From: Chloropicon primus
Lineage: Eukaryota
Length of the DNA stretch: 64,000 bases
NCBI GenBank assembly: GCA_023205875.1
Contig: CP060761.1
Span: 62,001-126,000, forward strand
Direction of reading: 5' to 3'
The notes under the pieces were generated by a model. The model saw nothing but the letters and a program-made list of their open reading frames with translations. It was not told the DNA's origin and ran no database searches. The position numbers were made by a program, and so were the translations under genes. Shown one piece after another: positions 38,408-48,010 of the stretch. Every line of letters begins with the position of its first letter. Within the stretch, counting starts at the first letter, position 1.

Positions 38408-39328
38408 ATGGGGATGGCGTTGAGGTGCTCGGCGCGGAGGGGGGGAGTGCGCTGTGGGAATGCGTCGTCGTCCTCGGCCTCCTCAGACTCGTCCTCATTT
38501 TCGTCGCAAGCGTCCGCTCGGAGGACGAGACGGGCGGGGACCAGCAACGGGAGAGGCCGGGCCAAGACGACGACCTTGGCGCTGGGAGGAGGATCGTCGT
38601 CGTCCTCCTCCAGCCTCTTGGCGTTGCACGAAACAGTGTTGTTCTTGGCCGATGCGAGTGCCCCCACGTCGACGGAGGCCGAGAACGAGGAGTTGAGGAG
38701 GAAGCTGGCTGAGCTCACGGAGGAGCTGGCCAAGGCGAATTCCCAGGCGAGCGAGGCCCTGCCGACCACCGGAACGACGGACCCCGTCGTGGAGACGGTG
38801 CAGAACAGCGTCGACGGTGGCGACGTTGCCGCGAAGGCAGCGGACGCTCTGCAGGGCGTGGAAAGGGTCGCGGGCTCGGAACAGATCGTCCTGTCTGTCC
38901 TGACGACGCTGGCCTTCGCCCTGCTGTTCGTCCTCACGTTGGGGGTAGGCTTCCTCAGCTACAAGAGCTGGCAGGACGACAAGAACTCGAAGAGCGAGGC
39001 CACGGGGCTGCAGAGCTCGCTGGGTCTGGGCGCCAAGCCCGGCAAGGGGGAGGCGGGCAAGCCGGTCTTGTCCAAGGTGGGGAAAGGGTTTGCGAAAGGA
39101 GGTGGCCGCACCACGGGCACCGGGGTGAGCACGAGGGCCGCGGGAAGCAACAAGGACCTGAAGGACCTGCAGAAGCAAGCAGAAGCGGCCATCAGTCTCC
39201 CCGAAGGCTGGAAGGCTTACACGGACAAGGAGAGCGGGCGGGAGTACTACTACAACGAGGCGAAGGACCAGACGCAGTGGGACAGGCCGGAGAGCGGGGC
39301 ACAAGCTTTGAAGGTGCCAAAATCATAA
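38408..39328 (+). CDS. Probable plastid-targeted single-pass membrane protein with a C-terminal WW domain
   Basis: ATG at 38408 or 38414. Arg/Ser-rich transit-peptide-like N-terminus, short coiled coil, TM helix IVLSVLTTLAFALLFVLTLGVGFLSY, and WW domain LPEGWKAYTDKESGREYYYNEAKDQTQWDRP. TGTAA at 39360-39364. Confidence 0.75.
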   Translation: MGMALRCSARRGGVRCGNASSSSASSDSSSFSSQASARRTRRAGTSNGRGRAKTTTLALGGGSSSSSSSLLALHETVLFLADASAPTSTEAENEELRRKLAELTEELAKANSQASEALPTTGTTDPVVETVQNSVDGGDVAAKAADALQGVERVAGSEQIVLSVLTTLAFALLFVLTLGVGFLSYKSWQDDKNSKSEATGLQSSLGLGAKPGKGEAGKPVLSKVGKGFAKGGGRTTGTGVSTRAAGSNKDLKDLQKQAEAAISLPEGWKAYTDKESGREYYYNEAKDQTQWDRPESGAQALKVPKS

Positions 39329-39379
39329 TCATTTGCGTGCTATATATATCTCGTATCCATGTAAGTCTTCTAGTTCTCC

Positions 39380-41026
39380 CTAGTCCCAAACGATGACGTC
39401 TCCCTTCTGATCCGCGCTCGCCAGCATGGCCGAGGAAGGGGACCAGGCGCAAGCCAGGACCCCGTTCTTGTGCTTCTTGAGCTCGTGCTCCAAGCCGCCA
39501 GTCCTCACGCTCCACATGTAGATGCTTCCGTTGTTCGAACCGCAAGCCACGGTCGAGTCGTCCGGACTGATGCAGGGGACCACCTTGTTGCCCCCGCACC
39601 TGAGCCCCGGATTCTCCAACACCTGGACGGTCTCAAAGTTGACCAAATCCACGACCTTGATCGTGTTGTCCTTCCCCGCGCTCACCAGGTACCTGTCGCT
39701 CATGGGGGACGTGACGACCGAGGAGACCTGAGACGTGTGAAGCTGAGAGAGTTGCTTCTCGAGGGAGCCCGTTCTGAAGTCCCACACCCGGACAGAGCCG
39801 TCAAAGTGGCCAGAATAGACGAAGGACCCGTTCTGGCTCATGGCCACGCTGAAGCAGGTGCTCCCGCACGCGATGTTCTGGACGCAGTAGCCCTTGTTGA
39901 GGTCCCAAATCCTTATGGTTCGGTCCTGCCCACCCGAGACGCACTTCTTGCTCTCGCTGGACGCAAAGGACACCGAGTGCACCTTGTCCCTGTGGCCCGT
40001 CAGGGTGTGCTTGCACCTGCCCGACTCGACGCTCCACATCCTCAGGGCCCCGTCCGCTCCTGCCGCTACAACAAAGTTGTCGTCCGGAGTGAACTTCACG
40101 TCCAAAATGCTACCCAGCGCTCCCCGCAGAGTCGAGGAACAGCTCCCCTTCTTCGGCTCCCAGAGCTTCACGATCTGGTCCGCCCCACCCGTCGCGAGAA
40201 GGGTCCCCTTGTTGCTGAAGCAAGCCGCGTGGACAAACCCCTCGTGGGTGTCCGAGAGGACGTGCTTCACGGACTTGGGGAGGTAACCTCCCCCGAACTC
40301 CGCCGCGTCGAGGCCCTCCCAGTCCCCTCCCAGTCCCCCTCCCTGGGCCCCTTGGCTCATCTTTCTCATGGCCTGCAGGTTCGCGTTGGACACCACGTTG
40401 TCGTAGTAGTCGTTCGCGGCGTTCATCCTCTCCGCCTCCTTCTCCTTCATCTCCAAGAGCATGTCCACGAGCTTGCGGTTCTCCACCTTGACGTCGCCAA
40501 TCTGCTTCTCCAACCCTTGCTTCTCCTCGGATATCGTGTCAAGCTCCACGTGGAGCACCCTGCAGTTGTTCTTCTCGTCCTCCAGCTGCTGCAGCAGCTC
40601 CTTGTTCCTGGCTCCCAGCTCGCTTATCGTCAAGTGAAGCTTCTCGTTCTCGGTCGTGCTCTTGTCGAACTCCTCCCGCAGCACCGTGATTTCGGACACC
40701 TTGGCCGCGAGCTCCTGGGCTATCCGCGCGTTCTCCTTGTAGCTCTGCATGACCTCCTCCCCGAGCTCCGCGTTCCTCGTCGTCAGCTGCTCCGCCAGGG
40801 CGGCCTTGCCCTCGTTGTCATCCTTGTCGAGAAGCTCCCTCTTGAGCGTGTCCTTCTCCTCCGCGAGAGCCTTCGTCCTCTTGTCGAACGCGGAAACCTC
40901 CCTCCGGAGCCTCGCCTTCTCCTGCAAAACAACCAGGTACGACTCCACCACCGGGCGAAGCGCGTCCACCTCCAAGGCGTTCCGCTTCTTCAGCCCCGAC
41001 AGCAACAACGTCTCCAACTCCGTCAT
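39380..41026 (-). CDS. ATG16: Autophagy protein ATG16 (coiled coil plus 7 WD40 repeats)
   Basis: N-terminal LKKRN helix, coiled coil ending ENRKLVDMLLEMKEKEAERMNAAN, and WD40 repeats including LTGHRDKV..DRTIRIWDL and SGHFDGSVRVWD. Confidence 0.9.
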   Translation of the reverse strand: MTELETLLLSGLKKRNALEVDALRPVVESYLVVLQEKARLRREVSAFDKRTKALAEEKDTLKRELLDKDDNEGKAALAEQLTTRNAELGEEVMQSYKENARIAQELAAKVSEITVLREEFDKSTTENEKLHLTISELGARNKELLQQLEDEKNNCRVLHVELDTISEEKQGLEKQIGDVKVENRKLVDMLLEMKEKEAERMNAANDYYDNVVSNANLQAMRKMSQGAQGGGLGGDWEGLDAAEFGGGYLPKSVKHVLSDTHEGFVHAACFSNKGTLLATGGADQIVKLWEPKKGSCSSTLRGALGSILDVKFTPDDNFVVAAGADGALRMWSVESGRCKHTLTGHRDKVHSVSFASSESKKCVSGGQDRTIRIWDLNKGYCVQNIACGSTCFSVAMSQNGSFVYSGHFDGSVRVWDFRTGSLEKQLSQLHTSQVSSVVTSPMSDRYLVSAGKDNTIKVVDLVNFETVQVLENPGLRCGGNKVVPCISPDDSTVACGSNNGSIYMWSVRTGGLEHELKKHKNGVLACAWSPSSAMLASADQKGDVIVWD

Positions 41027-41652
41027 CCCTCCCCTCCTCCCTGTGTCTCTTCCTCCTCACCACTGCGCCGTTCTTTTTCGAAAGCTGGAGGCTTCTCTTC
41101 TCTCCTCCCGCCCTTCTCTGGCGGGAAAAAAAAAGGGAAGGAAGGGGAAGGAAGGGTGTGCGGTGCATCGGACTTGAATCGGTTCAGTCCACTCCACTCC
41201 ACGTCACTGGGGGAGAATCTGTTCGTGATCGGCTCGGCTCTCGAGGAGCGAACGAACGAGCATACACAAAACAAAACAAAGCAAAATTATAATCAAGTAT
41301 TAAATATTTAATATATTTTTCTTCCCATGGGGACAGTTCTCTCCTTCCCCCACACGCACTGCTTGCTGTCCTCCCACTCAGTAAAAGATCGTGAGGACCC
41401 TGTGGTGGGGATCGGAGACGTCTCTCCTCTTCTCTCCCTCCTTCCTGAGGAACCAGTCCAGCTCGATGCTCATCGGGACCACACTCGCAGTCCTTGAAGG
41501 TCCTCCACTCCCAACGTCGATCGTCGTTTCCATTGACCAAAGCACTCATCTTTCTCGAACCCAGGACAGGAGGAGGTTCCCTCCCTATCCTCGTCTCTCT
41601 CCTTGCCCAACTCCCGTCCCTGTCTCTCCTCCCGAGGCCTCTCCTCTCCTCT

Positions 41653-41776
41653 CCTCTCCTCTGCCCGGGCGTTAACTCTCGGATTGCCAAGATTTTTCGA
41701 GGAGAATTCCCGAGTGCTGTGGTTAATTCCGTGGCTAATGGATAAGCCGAGAGTTAACGCCCGGGCAGAGGAGAGG
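41653..41776. repeat. 30-bp perfect inverted repeat with a 64-bp spacer (MITE-like or hairpin)
   Basis: 41653-41682 cctctcctctgcccgggcgttaactctcgg is the exact reverse complement of 41747-41776. Confidence 0.9.
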
Positions 41777-42047
41777 GGAGGAGGGCGACCACCAGAGGGA
41801 GAGGGAGGGGACGAGGGGACGAGAACGCGTCCACGACAACGCAACGAAACGACACGACGCGCAGGAAGGGAACCCCTCCGTCGAAAGCGCTTTTCTCTTC
41901 GTGAAGGGAAACGGAACGGAACGGAGAGGAGGGAGGGAGAGAGGGAAAGGCGGCGGGGACGAAGAGAGAAGCGACGTGAGCAGAAGGCGCTCGGTGGTTG
42001 ACCGCTGCGGAGCCGAACAACAACAACAACAACTGAAAAAATAAAAA

Positions 42048-45000
42048 ATGAAAAAGAACGTCGAGTGGTTGTGCGTTTGGCTGGCCGTGGTGGTGGTGGT
42101 GGCCGCCGCCACGCCTGTGTACGGCCAGAGGTGGGGGAGGCCCCACAGCTACGGAAGGTCCAAGGCGAGCACCGTTGGGAGCAGCGGTATTGGCATCGCG
42201 AGCGAAACAAGCAAGGCGGAAGTCGACGGCAGCGGCACCTTCATGGCCTCCGCTGAGGCCGACGCCGGAGACACCAAAGCAAAGGTCATGGCGATGACCA
42301 CCGATGGCGCTGCTCAAGGCAGCAGCACCGCCTCCATGAGTGGTGCGGGTGAGATGGTCATGACCGAGGTTTCTGGTGACGGAATGTTGACGGGCGAAGC
42401 AAAAGGTTCGTCGTCCACCGCAAGTGCTACGGCTGACGGCGGGGACGACAATGACCTCCGCGCTTCGGCTGTCGGCTCGGGGAACACCGTCTCTACTGTT
42501 GTTGAGGATGCTGACATGAATCACGTTGAAGCCGTGGCTCATGGTGACGGCAATACAGTGACTGCAACTGCTGAGTTTGGTGCTGAAATGAATCGTGTTG
42601 GTGCCGCGGCTCGCGGTGATCGCAATGAAGTGGAGGCTTTTGCTGGGTTTACTGCTGACATGAATCGTGTTGGTGCCGTGGCTCGTGGTGATGACAACAC
42701 AGTGATGGCTTCAGCTTCTGAGACTGCTACCATGAATCGTGTTGGTGCCGCGGCTCGCGGTGAGAACAACACAGTGATTGCTGGTGCTGTTGAGGATGCG
42801 GAGGACAATCGTGTTGGTGCCGTGGCTCGTGGTGATCGCAATGAAGTGGAGGCTTCTGCTGAGGCTGGTGTTGGCATGAATCGTGTTGGTGCCGTGGCTC
42901 GCGGTGATGACAATATGGTGATGGCTGTTGCTGAGGGTGCTGACATGAATCGTGTTGATGCCGTCGCTCGTGGTGATGACAATATGGTGATGGCTGTTGC
43001 TGAATTTGCTGACATGAATCGTGTTGATGCCGTCGCTCGTGGTGATGACAATATGGTGATGGCTGTTGCTGAATTTGCTGACATGAATCGTGTTGGTGCC
43101 GCGGCTCGTGGTGACAACAATACAGTGGAGGCTTTTGCTGAGTTTGCTGACATGAATCGTGTTGATGCCGTGGCTCGTGGTGATGACAACACAGTGATTG
43201 CTGAGGCTGTTGAGGATGCGGACGACAATCGTGTTGGTGCCGTGGCTCGTGGTGAGAACAACACAGTGATTGCTGGTGCTGAAGGTGCTGACATGAATCG
43301 TGTTGGTGCCGTGGCTCGTGGTGATGACAACACAGTGAATGCTGGTGCTTTTGAGGATGCGGACGACAATCGTGTTGATGCCGTGGCTCGTGGTGATGAC
43401 AACACAGTGATTGCTGAGGCTTCTGAGGGTGCGGACGACAATCGTGTTGGTGCCGCGGCTCGTGGTGATGACAACACAGTGATTGCTGAGGCTTCTGCTG
43501 AATTTGCTGACATGAATCGTGTTGGTGCCGTGGCTCGTGGTGATGACAACACAGTGACTGCAACTGCTGAATTTGCTGACATGAATCGTGTTGGTGCCGT
43601 GGCTCGTGGTGATGACAACACAGTGAATGCTGGTGCTCAATTTGCTGACATGAATCGTGTTGATGCCGTCGCTCGTGGTGATGACAATATGGTGATGGCT
43701 GTTGCTGAATTTGCTGACATGAATCGTGTTGGTGCCGCGGCTCGTGGTGACAACAATACAGTGGAGGCTTTTGCTGAGTTTGCTGACATGAATCGTGTTG
43801 ATGCCGTGGCTCGTGGTGATGACAACACAGTGATTGCTGAGGCTGTTGAGGATGCGGACGACAATCGTGTTGGTGCCGTGGCTCGTGGTGAGAACAACAC
43901 AGTGATTGCTGGTGCTGAAGGTGCTGACATGAATCGTGTTGGTGCCGTGGCTCGTGGTGATGACAACACAGTGAATGCTGGTGCTTTTGAGGATGCGGAC
44001 GACAATCGTGTTGGTGCCGTGGCTCGTGGTGAGAACAACACAGTGATTGCTGGTGCTGAAGGTGAAGCTGACATGAATCGTGTTGGTGCCGTGGCTCGTG
44101 GTGATGGCAATGAAGTGGAGGCTTTTGCTGAGTCTGGTGCTGACATGAATCGTGTTGATGCCGTGGCTCGTGGTGAGGGCAACACAGTGGAGGCTGAAGC
44201 TCTATGGGATGCTACCATGAATGATGTTGATGCCGTGGCTCGTGGTGATGACAATATGGTGATGGCTGTTGCTGAATTTGCTGACATGAATCGTGTTGAT
44301 GCCGTCGCTCGTGGTGATGACAATATGGTGATGGCTGTTGCTGAATTTGCTGACATGAATCGTGTTGATGCCGTCGCTCGTGGTGATGACAATATGGTGA
44401 TGGCTGTTGCTGAATTTGCTGACATGAATCGTGTTGATGCCGTCGCTCGTGGTGATGACAATATGGTGATGGCTGTTGCTGAAGGTGCTGACATGAATCG
44501 TGTTGGTGCCGCGGCTCGTGGCGATCGCAATGAAGTGGAGGCTTTTGCTGAGTCTGGTGCTGAAATGAATCGTGTTGATGCCGTGGCTCGTGGTGATGAC
44601 AACACAGTGATTGCTGAGGCTTTTGAGGGTGCGGACGACAATCGTGTTGGTGCCGTGGCTCGTGGTGATGACAATACAGTGACTGCAACTGCTGAGTTTC
44701 GTGCTAACATGAATCGTGTTGGTGCCGTGGCTCGTGGTGATGACAACACAGTGAATGCTGGTGCTCAATCTGCTGACATGAATCGCGTTGATGCCGTGGC
44801 TCGTGGTGAGAACAACACAGTTGTTGCTGGTGCTGTTGTAGATTCCTTTGGCAATCGTGTTGGTGCCGCGGCTCGCGGTGATGACAATATGGTGATGGCT
44901 TTGGCTATTGAGGGTGCGGACGACAATCGTGTTGGTGCCGTGGCTCGCGGTGATGACAATATGGTGATGGCTTTGGCTGTTGACGATGCGGACGACAATC

Positions 45001-46892
45001 GTGTTGGTGCCGTGGCTCGTGGTGATGACAACACAGTGAATGCTGGTGCTCAATTTGCTGACATGAATCGTGTTGGTGCCGTGGCTCGTGGTGATGGCAA
45101 CACAGTGAATGCAACTGCTGAGCCTGGTGCTGACATGAATCGTGTTGGTGCCGTGGCTCGTGGTGATGACAACACAGTGATTGCTGAGGCTATTGAGGAT
45201 GCGGACGACAATCGTGTTGGTGCCGCGGCTCGTGGTGATCGCAATGAAGTGGAGGCTTTTGCTGAGTTTGGTGCTGACATGAATCGCGTTGATGCCGTGG
45301 CTCGTGGTGAGAACAACACAGTGATTGCTGGTGCTGTTGTAGATTCCTTTGGCAATCGTGTTGGTGCCGCGGCTCGCGGTGATGACAACACAGTGAATGC
45401 TGGTGCTATTGAGGGTGCGGACGACAATCGCGTTGATGCCGTGGCTCGTGGTGATGACAACACAGTGATTGCTTTTGCTGTTGACGATGCGGACGACAAT
45501 CGTGTTGGTGCCGTGGCTCGTGGTGATGACAACACAGTGATTGCTGAGGCTGAAGGTGAAGCTGACATGAATCGTGTTGGTGCCGCGGCTCGTGGTGATC
45601 GCAATGAAGTGGAGGCTTTTGCTGAGTCTGGTGCTGACATGAATCGTGTTGATGCCGTGGCTCGTGGTGATGACAATATGGTGATGGCTGATGCTCAGGG
45701 TGCGGACGACAATCGTGTTGGTGCCGTGGCTCGTGGTGAGAACAACACAGTGATTGCTGGTGCTGAAGGTGCTGACATGAATCGTGTTGGTGCCGTGGCT
45801 CGTGGTGATGGCAATGAAGTGGAGGCTTTTGCTGAGTCTGGTGCTGACATGAATCGTGTTGATGCCGTGGCTCGTGGTGAGGGCAACACAGTGGAGGCTG
45901 AAGCTCTATGGGATGCTACCATGAATGATGTTGATGCCGTGGCTCGTGGTGATGACAATATGGTGATGGCTGTTGCTGAATTTGCTGACATGAATCGTGT
46001 TGATGCCGTCGCTCGTGGTGATGACAATATGGTGATGGCTGTTGCTGAATTTGCTGACATGAATCGTGTTGATGCCGTCGCTCGTGGTGATGACAATATG
46101 GTGATGGCTGTTGCTGAATTTGCTGACATGAATCGTGTTGATGCCGTCGCTCGTGGTGATGACAATATGGTGATGGCTGTTGCTGAAGGTGCTGACATGA
46201 ATCGTGTTGGTGCCGCGGCTCGTGGCGATCGCAATGAAGTGGAGGCTTTTGCTGAGTTTGGTGCTGAAATGAATCGTGTTGATGCCGTGGCTCGTGGTGA
46301 TGACAACACAGTGATTGCTGAGGCTTTTGAGGATGCGGACGACAATCGTGTTGGTGCCGTGGCTCGTGGTGATGACAACACAGTGATTGCTGAGGCTTCT
46401 GAGGGTGCGGACGACAATCGCGTTGATGCCGTGGCTCGTGGTGATCGCAATGAAGTGGAGGCTATTGCTGAGTTTGGTGCTGACATGAATCGCGTTGATG
46501 CCGTGGCTCGTGGAGACCGCAACGACGTGACCGTCAAGGCCAAGAAATCTGATCGCAACAGGCTCAGCGCCATGGCTCGCGGAAACCGCAACAACGTGAC
46601 CGTCAAGGCCAAGAAATCTGATCGCAACAGGCTCCGCGCCATGGCTCGCGGAAACCGCAACGACGTGACCGTCAAGGCCAAGAAATCTGATCGCAACAGG
46701 CTCAGCGCCATGGCTCGCGGAAACCGCAACGACGTGACCGTCAAGGCCAAGAAATCTGATCGCAACAGGCTCCGCGCCTTGGCTCGCGGAAACCGCAACG
46801 ACGTGACCGTCAAGGCCAAGAAAGCGGAAGGCGTGGTCAGGCCGGTCCTTGTTCGTGGTAATGGCAGGTCGAAGACAGTTAACGTGCCTTAA
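42048..46892 (+). CDS. Secreted RGD-repeat protein (long paralog, 1614 aa), predicted beta-solenoid
   Basis: Signal peptide MKKNVEWLCVWLAVVVVVAAATPVYG. About 60 repeats of 23-24 aa (e.g. ADMNRVDAVARGDDNMVMAVAEF, 69/72 bp), then basic C-terminal repeats RGNRNDVTVKAKKSDRNRLSAMA. No TM anchor. Confidence 0.85.
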   Translation: MKKNVEWLCVWLAVVVVVAAATPVYGQRWGRPHSYGRSKASTVGSSGIGIASETSKAEVDGSGTFMASAEADAGDTKAKVMAMTTDGAAQGSSTASMSGAGEMVMTEVSGDGMLTGEAKGSSSTASATADGGDDNDLRASAVGSGNTVSTVVEDADMNHVEAVAHGDGNTVTATAEFGAEMNRVGAAARGDRNEVEAFAGFTADMNRVGAVARGDDNTVMASASETATMNRVGAAARGENNTVIAGAVEDAEDNRVGAVARGDRNEVEASAEAGVGMNRVGAVARGDDNMVMAVAEGADMNRVDAVARGDDNMVMAVAEFADMNRVDAVARGDDNMVMAVAEFADMNRVGAAARGDNNTVEAFAEFADMNRVDAVARGDDNTVIAEAVEDADDNRVGAVARGENNTVIAGAEGADMNRVGAVARGDDNTVNAGAFEDADDNRVDAVARGDDNTVIAEASEGADDNRVGAAARGDDNTVIAEASAEFADMNRVGAVARGDDNTVTATAEFADMNRVGAVARGDDNTVNAGAQFADMNRVDAVARGDDNMVMAVAEFADMNRVGAAARGDNNTVEAFAEFADMNRVDAVARGDDNTVIAEAVEDADDNRVGAVARGENNTVIAGAEGADMNRVGAVARGDDNTVNAGAFEDADDNRVGAVARGENNTVIAGAEGEADMNRVGAVARGDGNEVEAFAESGADMNRVDAVARGEGNTVEAEALWDATMNDVDAVARGDDNMVMAVAEFADMNRVDAVARGDDNMVMAVAEFADMNRVDAVARGDDNMVMAVAEFADMNRVDAVARGDDNMVMAVAEGADMNRVGAAARGDRNEVEAFAESGAEMNRVDAVARGDDNTVIAEAFEGADDNRVGAVARGDDNTVTATAEFRANMNRVGAVARGDDNTVNAGAQSADMNRVDAVARGENNTVVAGAVVDSFGNRVGAAARGDDNMVMALAIEGADDNRVGAVARGDDNMVMALAVDDADDNRVGAVARGDDNTVNAGAQFADMNRVGAVARGDGNTVNATAEPGADMNRVGAVARGDDNTVIAEAIEDADDNRVGAAARGDRNEVEAFAEFGADMNRVDAVARGENNTVIAGAVVDSFGNRVGAAARGDDNTVNAGAIEGADDNRVDAVARGDDNTVIAFAVDDADDNRVGAVARGDDNTVIAEAEGEADMNRVGAAARGDRNEVEAFAESGADMNRVDAVARGDDNMVMADAQGADDNRVGAVARGENNTVIAGAEGADMNRVGAVARGDGNEVEAFAESGADMNRVDAVARGEGNTVEAEALWDATMNDVDAVARGDDNMVMAVAEFADMNRVDAVARGDDNMVMAVAEFADMNRVDAVARGDDNMVMAVAEFADMNRVDAVARGDDNMVMAVAEGADMNRVGAAARGDRNEVEAFAEFGAEMNRVDAVARGDDNTVIAEAFEDADDNRVGAVARGDDNTVIAEASEGADDNRVDAVARGDRNEVEAIAEFGADMNRVDAVARGDRNDVTVKAKKSDRNRLSAMARGNRNNVTVKAKKSDRNRLRAMARGNRNDVTVKAKKSDRNRLSAMARGNRNDVTVKAKKSDRNRLRALARGNRNDVTVKAKKAEGVVRPVLVRGNGRSKTVNVP

Positions 46893-47614
46893 TTCAAAGA
46901 AACCGTGGATCAAGTGTTTGGGGTTTTAGCAACGACCACTGGTCCTGCTTCGAGCCTCCCAAGATTCCTCCTTTGTTCCTTTTCAAGATCTAAAAGTACA
47001 CAAACAATCATGCATGTTATTCCCTCTTTCAGCTCTTGCCGGATCTTTCGAAACCGGGGCAGGAATCTCCTCAACAGGACAGGACAGGAGGTTCCCTCCT
47101 TGTCCTCGTCTCTCTCTCTCCTTGGCCAACTCCCGTCCCCATCTACGATGCTGGTGGTGGTCTTGGTCCTCCTCCCATCGCGGAAGCTGGTCTGTCGTCA
47201 TCGAGCTCTCGAGGAGCGAACGAACGAGCAAACACAAAACAAAACAAAACAAAATTATAATCAAGTATTAAATATTTAATATATTTTTCTTCCCTGGACA
47301 GTCCTCTCCTTCTCCCACACGCACTGCTTGCTGTCCTCCCACTCAGTAAAAGATCGTGAGGACACTGTGGTGGGGATCGGAGACGTCTCTCCTCTTCTCT
47401 CCCTCCTTCCTGAGGAACCAGTCCAGCTCGATGCTCATCGGGACCACACTCGCAGTCCTTGAAGGTCCTCCACTCCCAACGTCGATCGTCGTTTCCATTG
47501 ACCAAAGCACTCATCTTTCTCGAACCCAGGACAGGAGGAGGTTCCCTCCCTATCCTCGTCTCTCTCCTTGCCCAACTCCCGTCCCCGTCTCTCCCGAGGC
47601 CTCTCCTCTCCTCT

Positions 47615-47738
47615 CCTCTCCTCTGCCCGGGCGTTAACTCTCGGATTGCCAAGATTTTTCGAGGAGAATTCCCGAGTGCTGTGGTTAATTCCGTTGCTAA
47701 TGGATGAGCCGAGAGTTAACGCCCGGGCAGAGGAGAGG
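47615..47738. repeat. Second copy of the 30-bp perfect inverted repeat
   Basis: Arms at 47615-47644 and 47709-47738 are identical to copy 1. The spacer differs by a couple of substitutions. Confidence 0.9.
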
Positions 47739-48010
47739 GGAGGAGGGCGACCACCAGAGGGAGAGGGAGGGGACGAGGGGACGAGAACGCGTCCACGACA
47801 ACGCAACGAAACGACACGACGCGCAGGAAGGGAACCCCTCCGTCGAAAGCGCTTTTCTCTTCGTGAAGGGAAACGGAACGGAACGGAGAGGAGGGAGGGA
47901 GGGAAAGGCGGCGAGGACGAAGAAAAGAAGCGACGTGAGCAGAAGGCGCTCGGTGGTTGACCGCTGCGGAGCCGAACAACAACAACAACAACTGGGAAAA
48001 AAAAGAAAAA

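Larger units (their letters stand above)
41237..47006 (+). repeat. Segmental tandem duplication, copy 1 (promoter, RGD-repeat gene and 3' region)
   Basis: Begins gctctcgaggagcgaacgaacgagc and ends aagatctaaaagtacacaaaca. Near-identical to 47205-49774 apart from the internal repeat count. Confidence 0.9.

Noticed and set aside
42500..46830. CRISPR-like appearance (conserved ~25-bp motif every 69-72 bp)
   Set aside because: The intervening parts are themselves repeated and always in frame, there are no cas genes, and the context is eukaryotic. It is a coding repeat.
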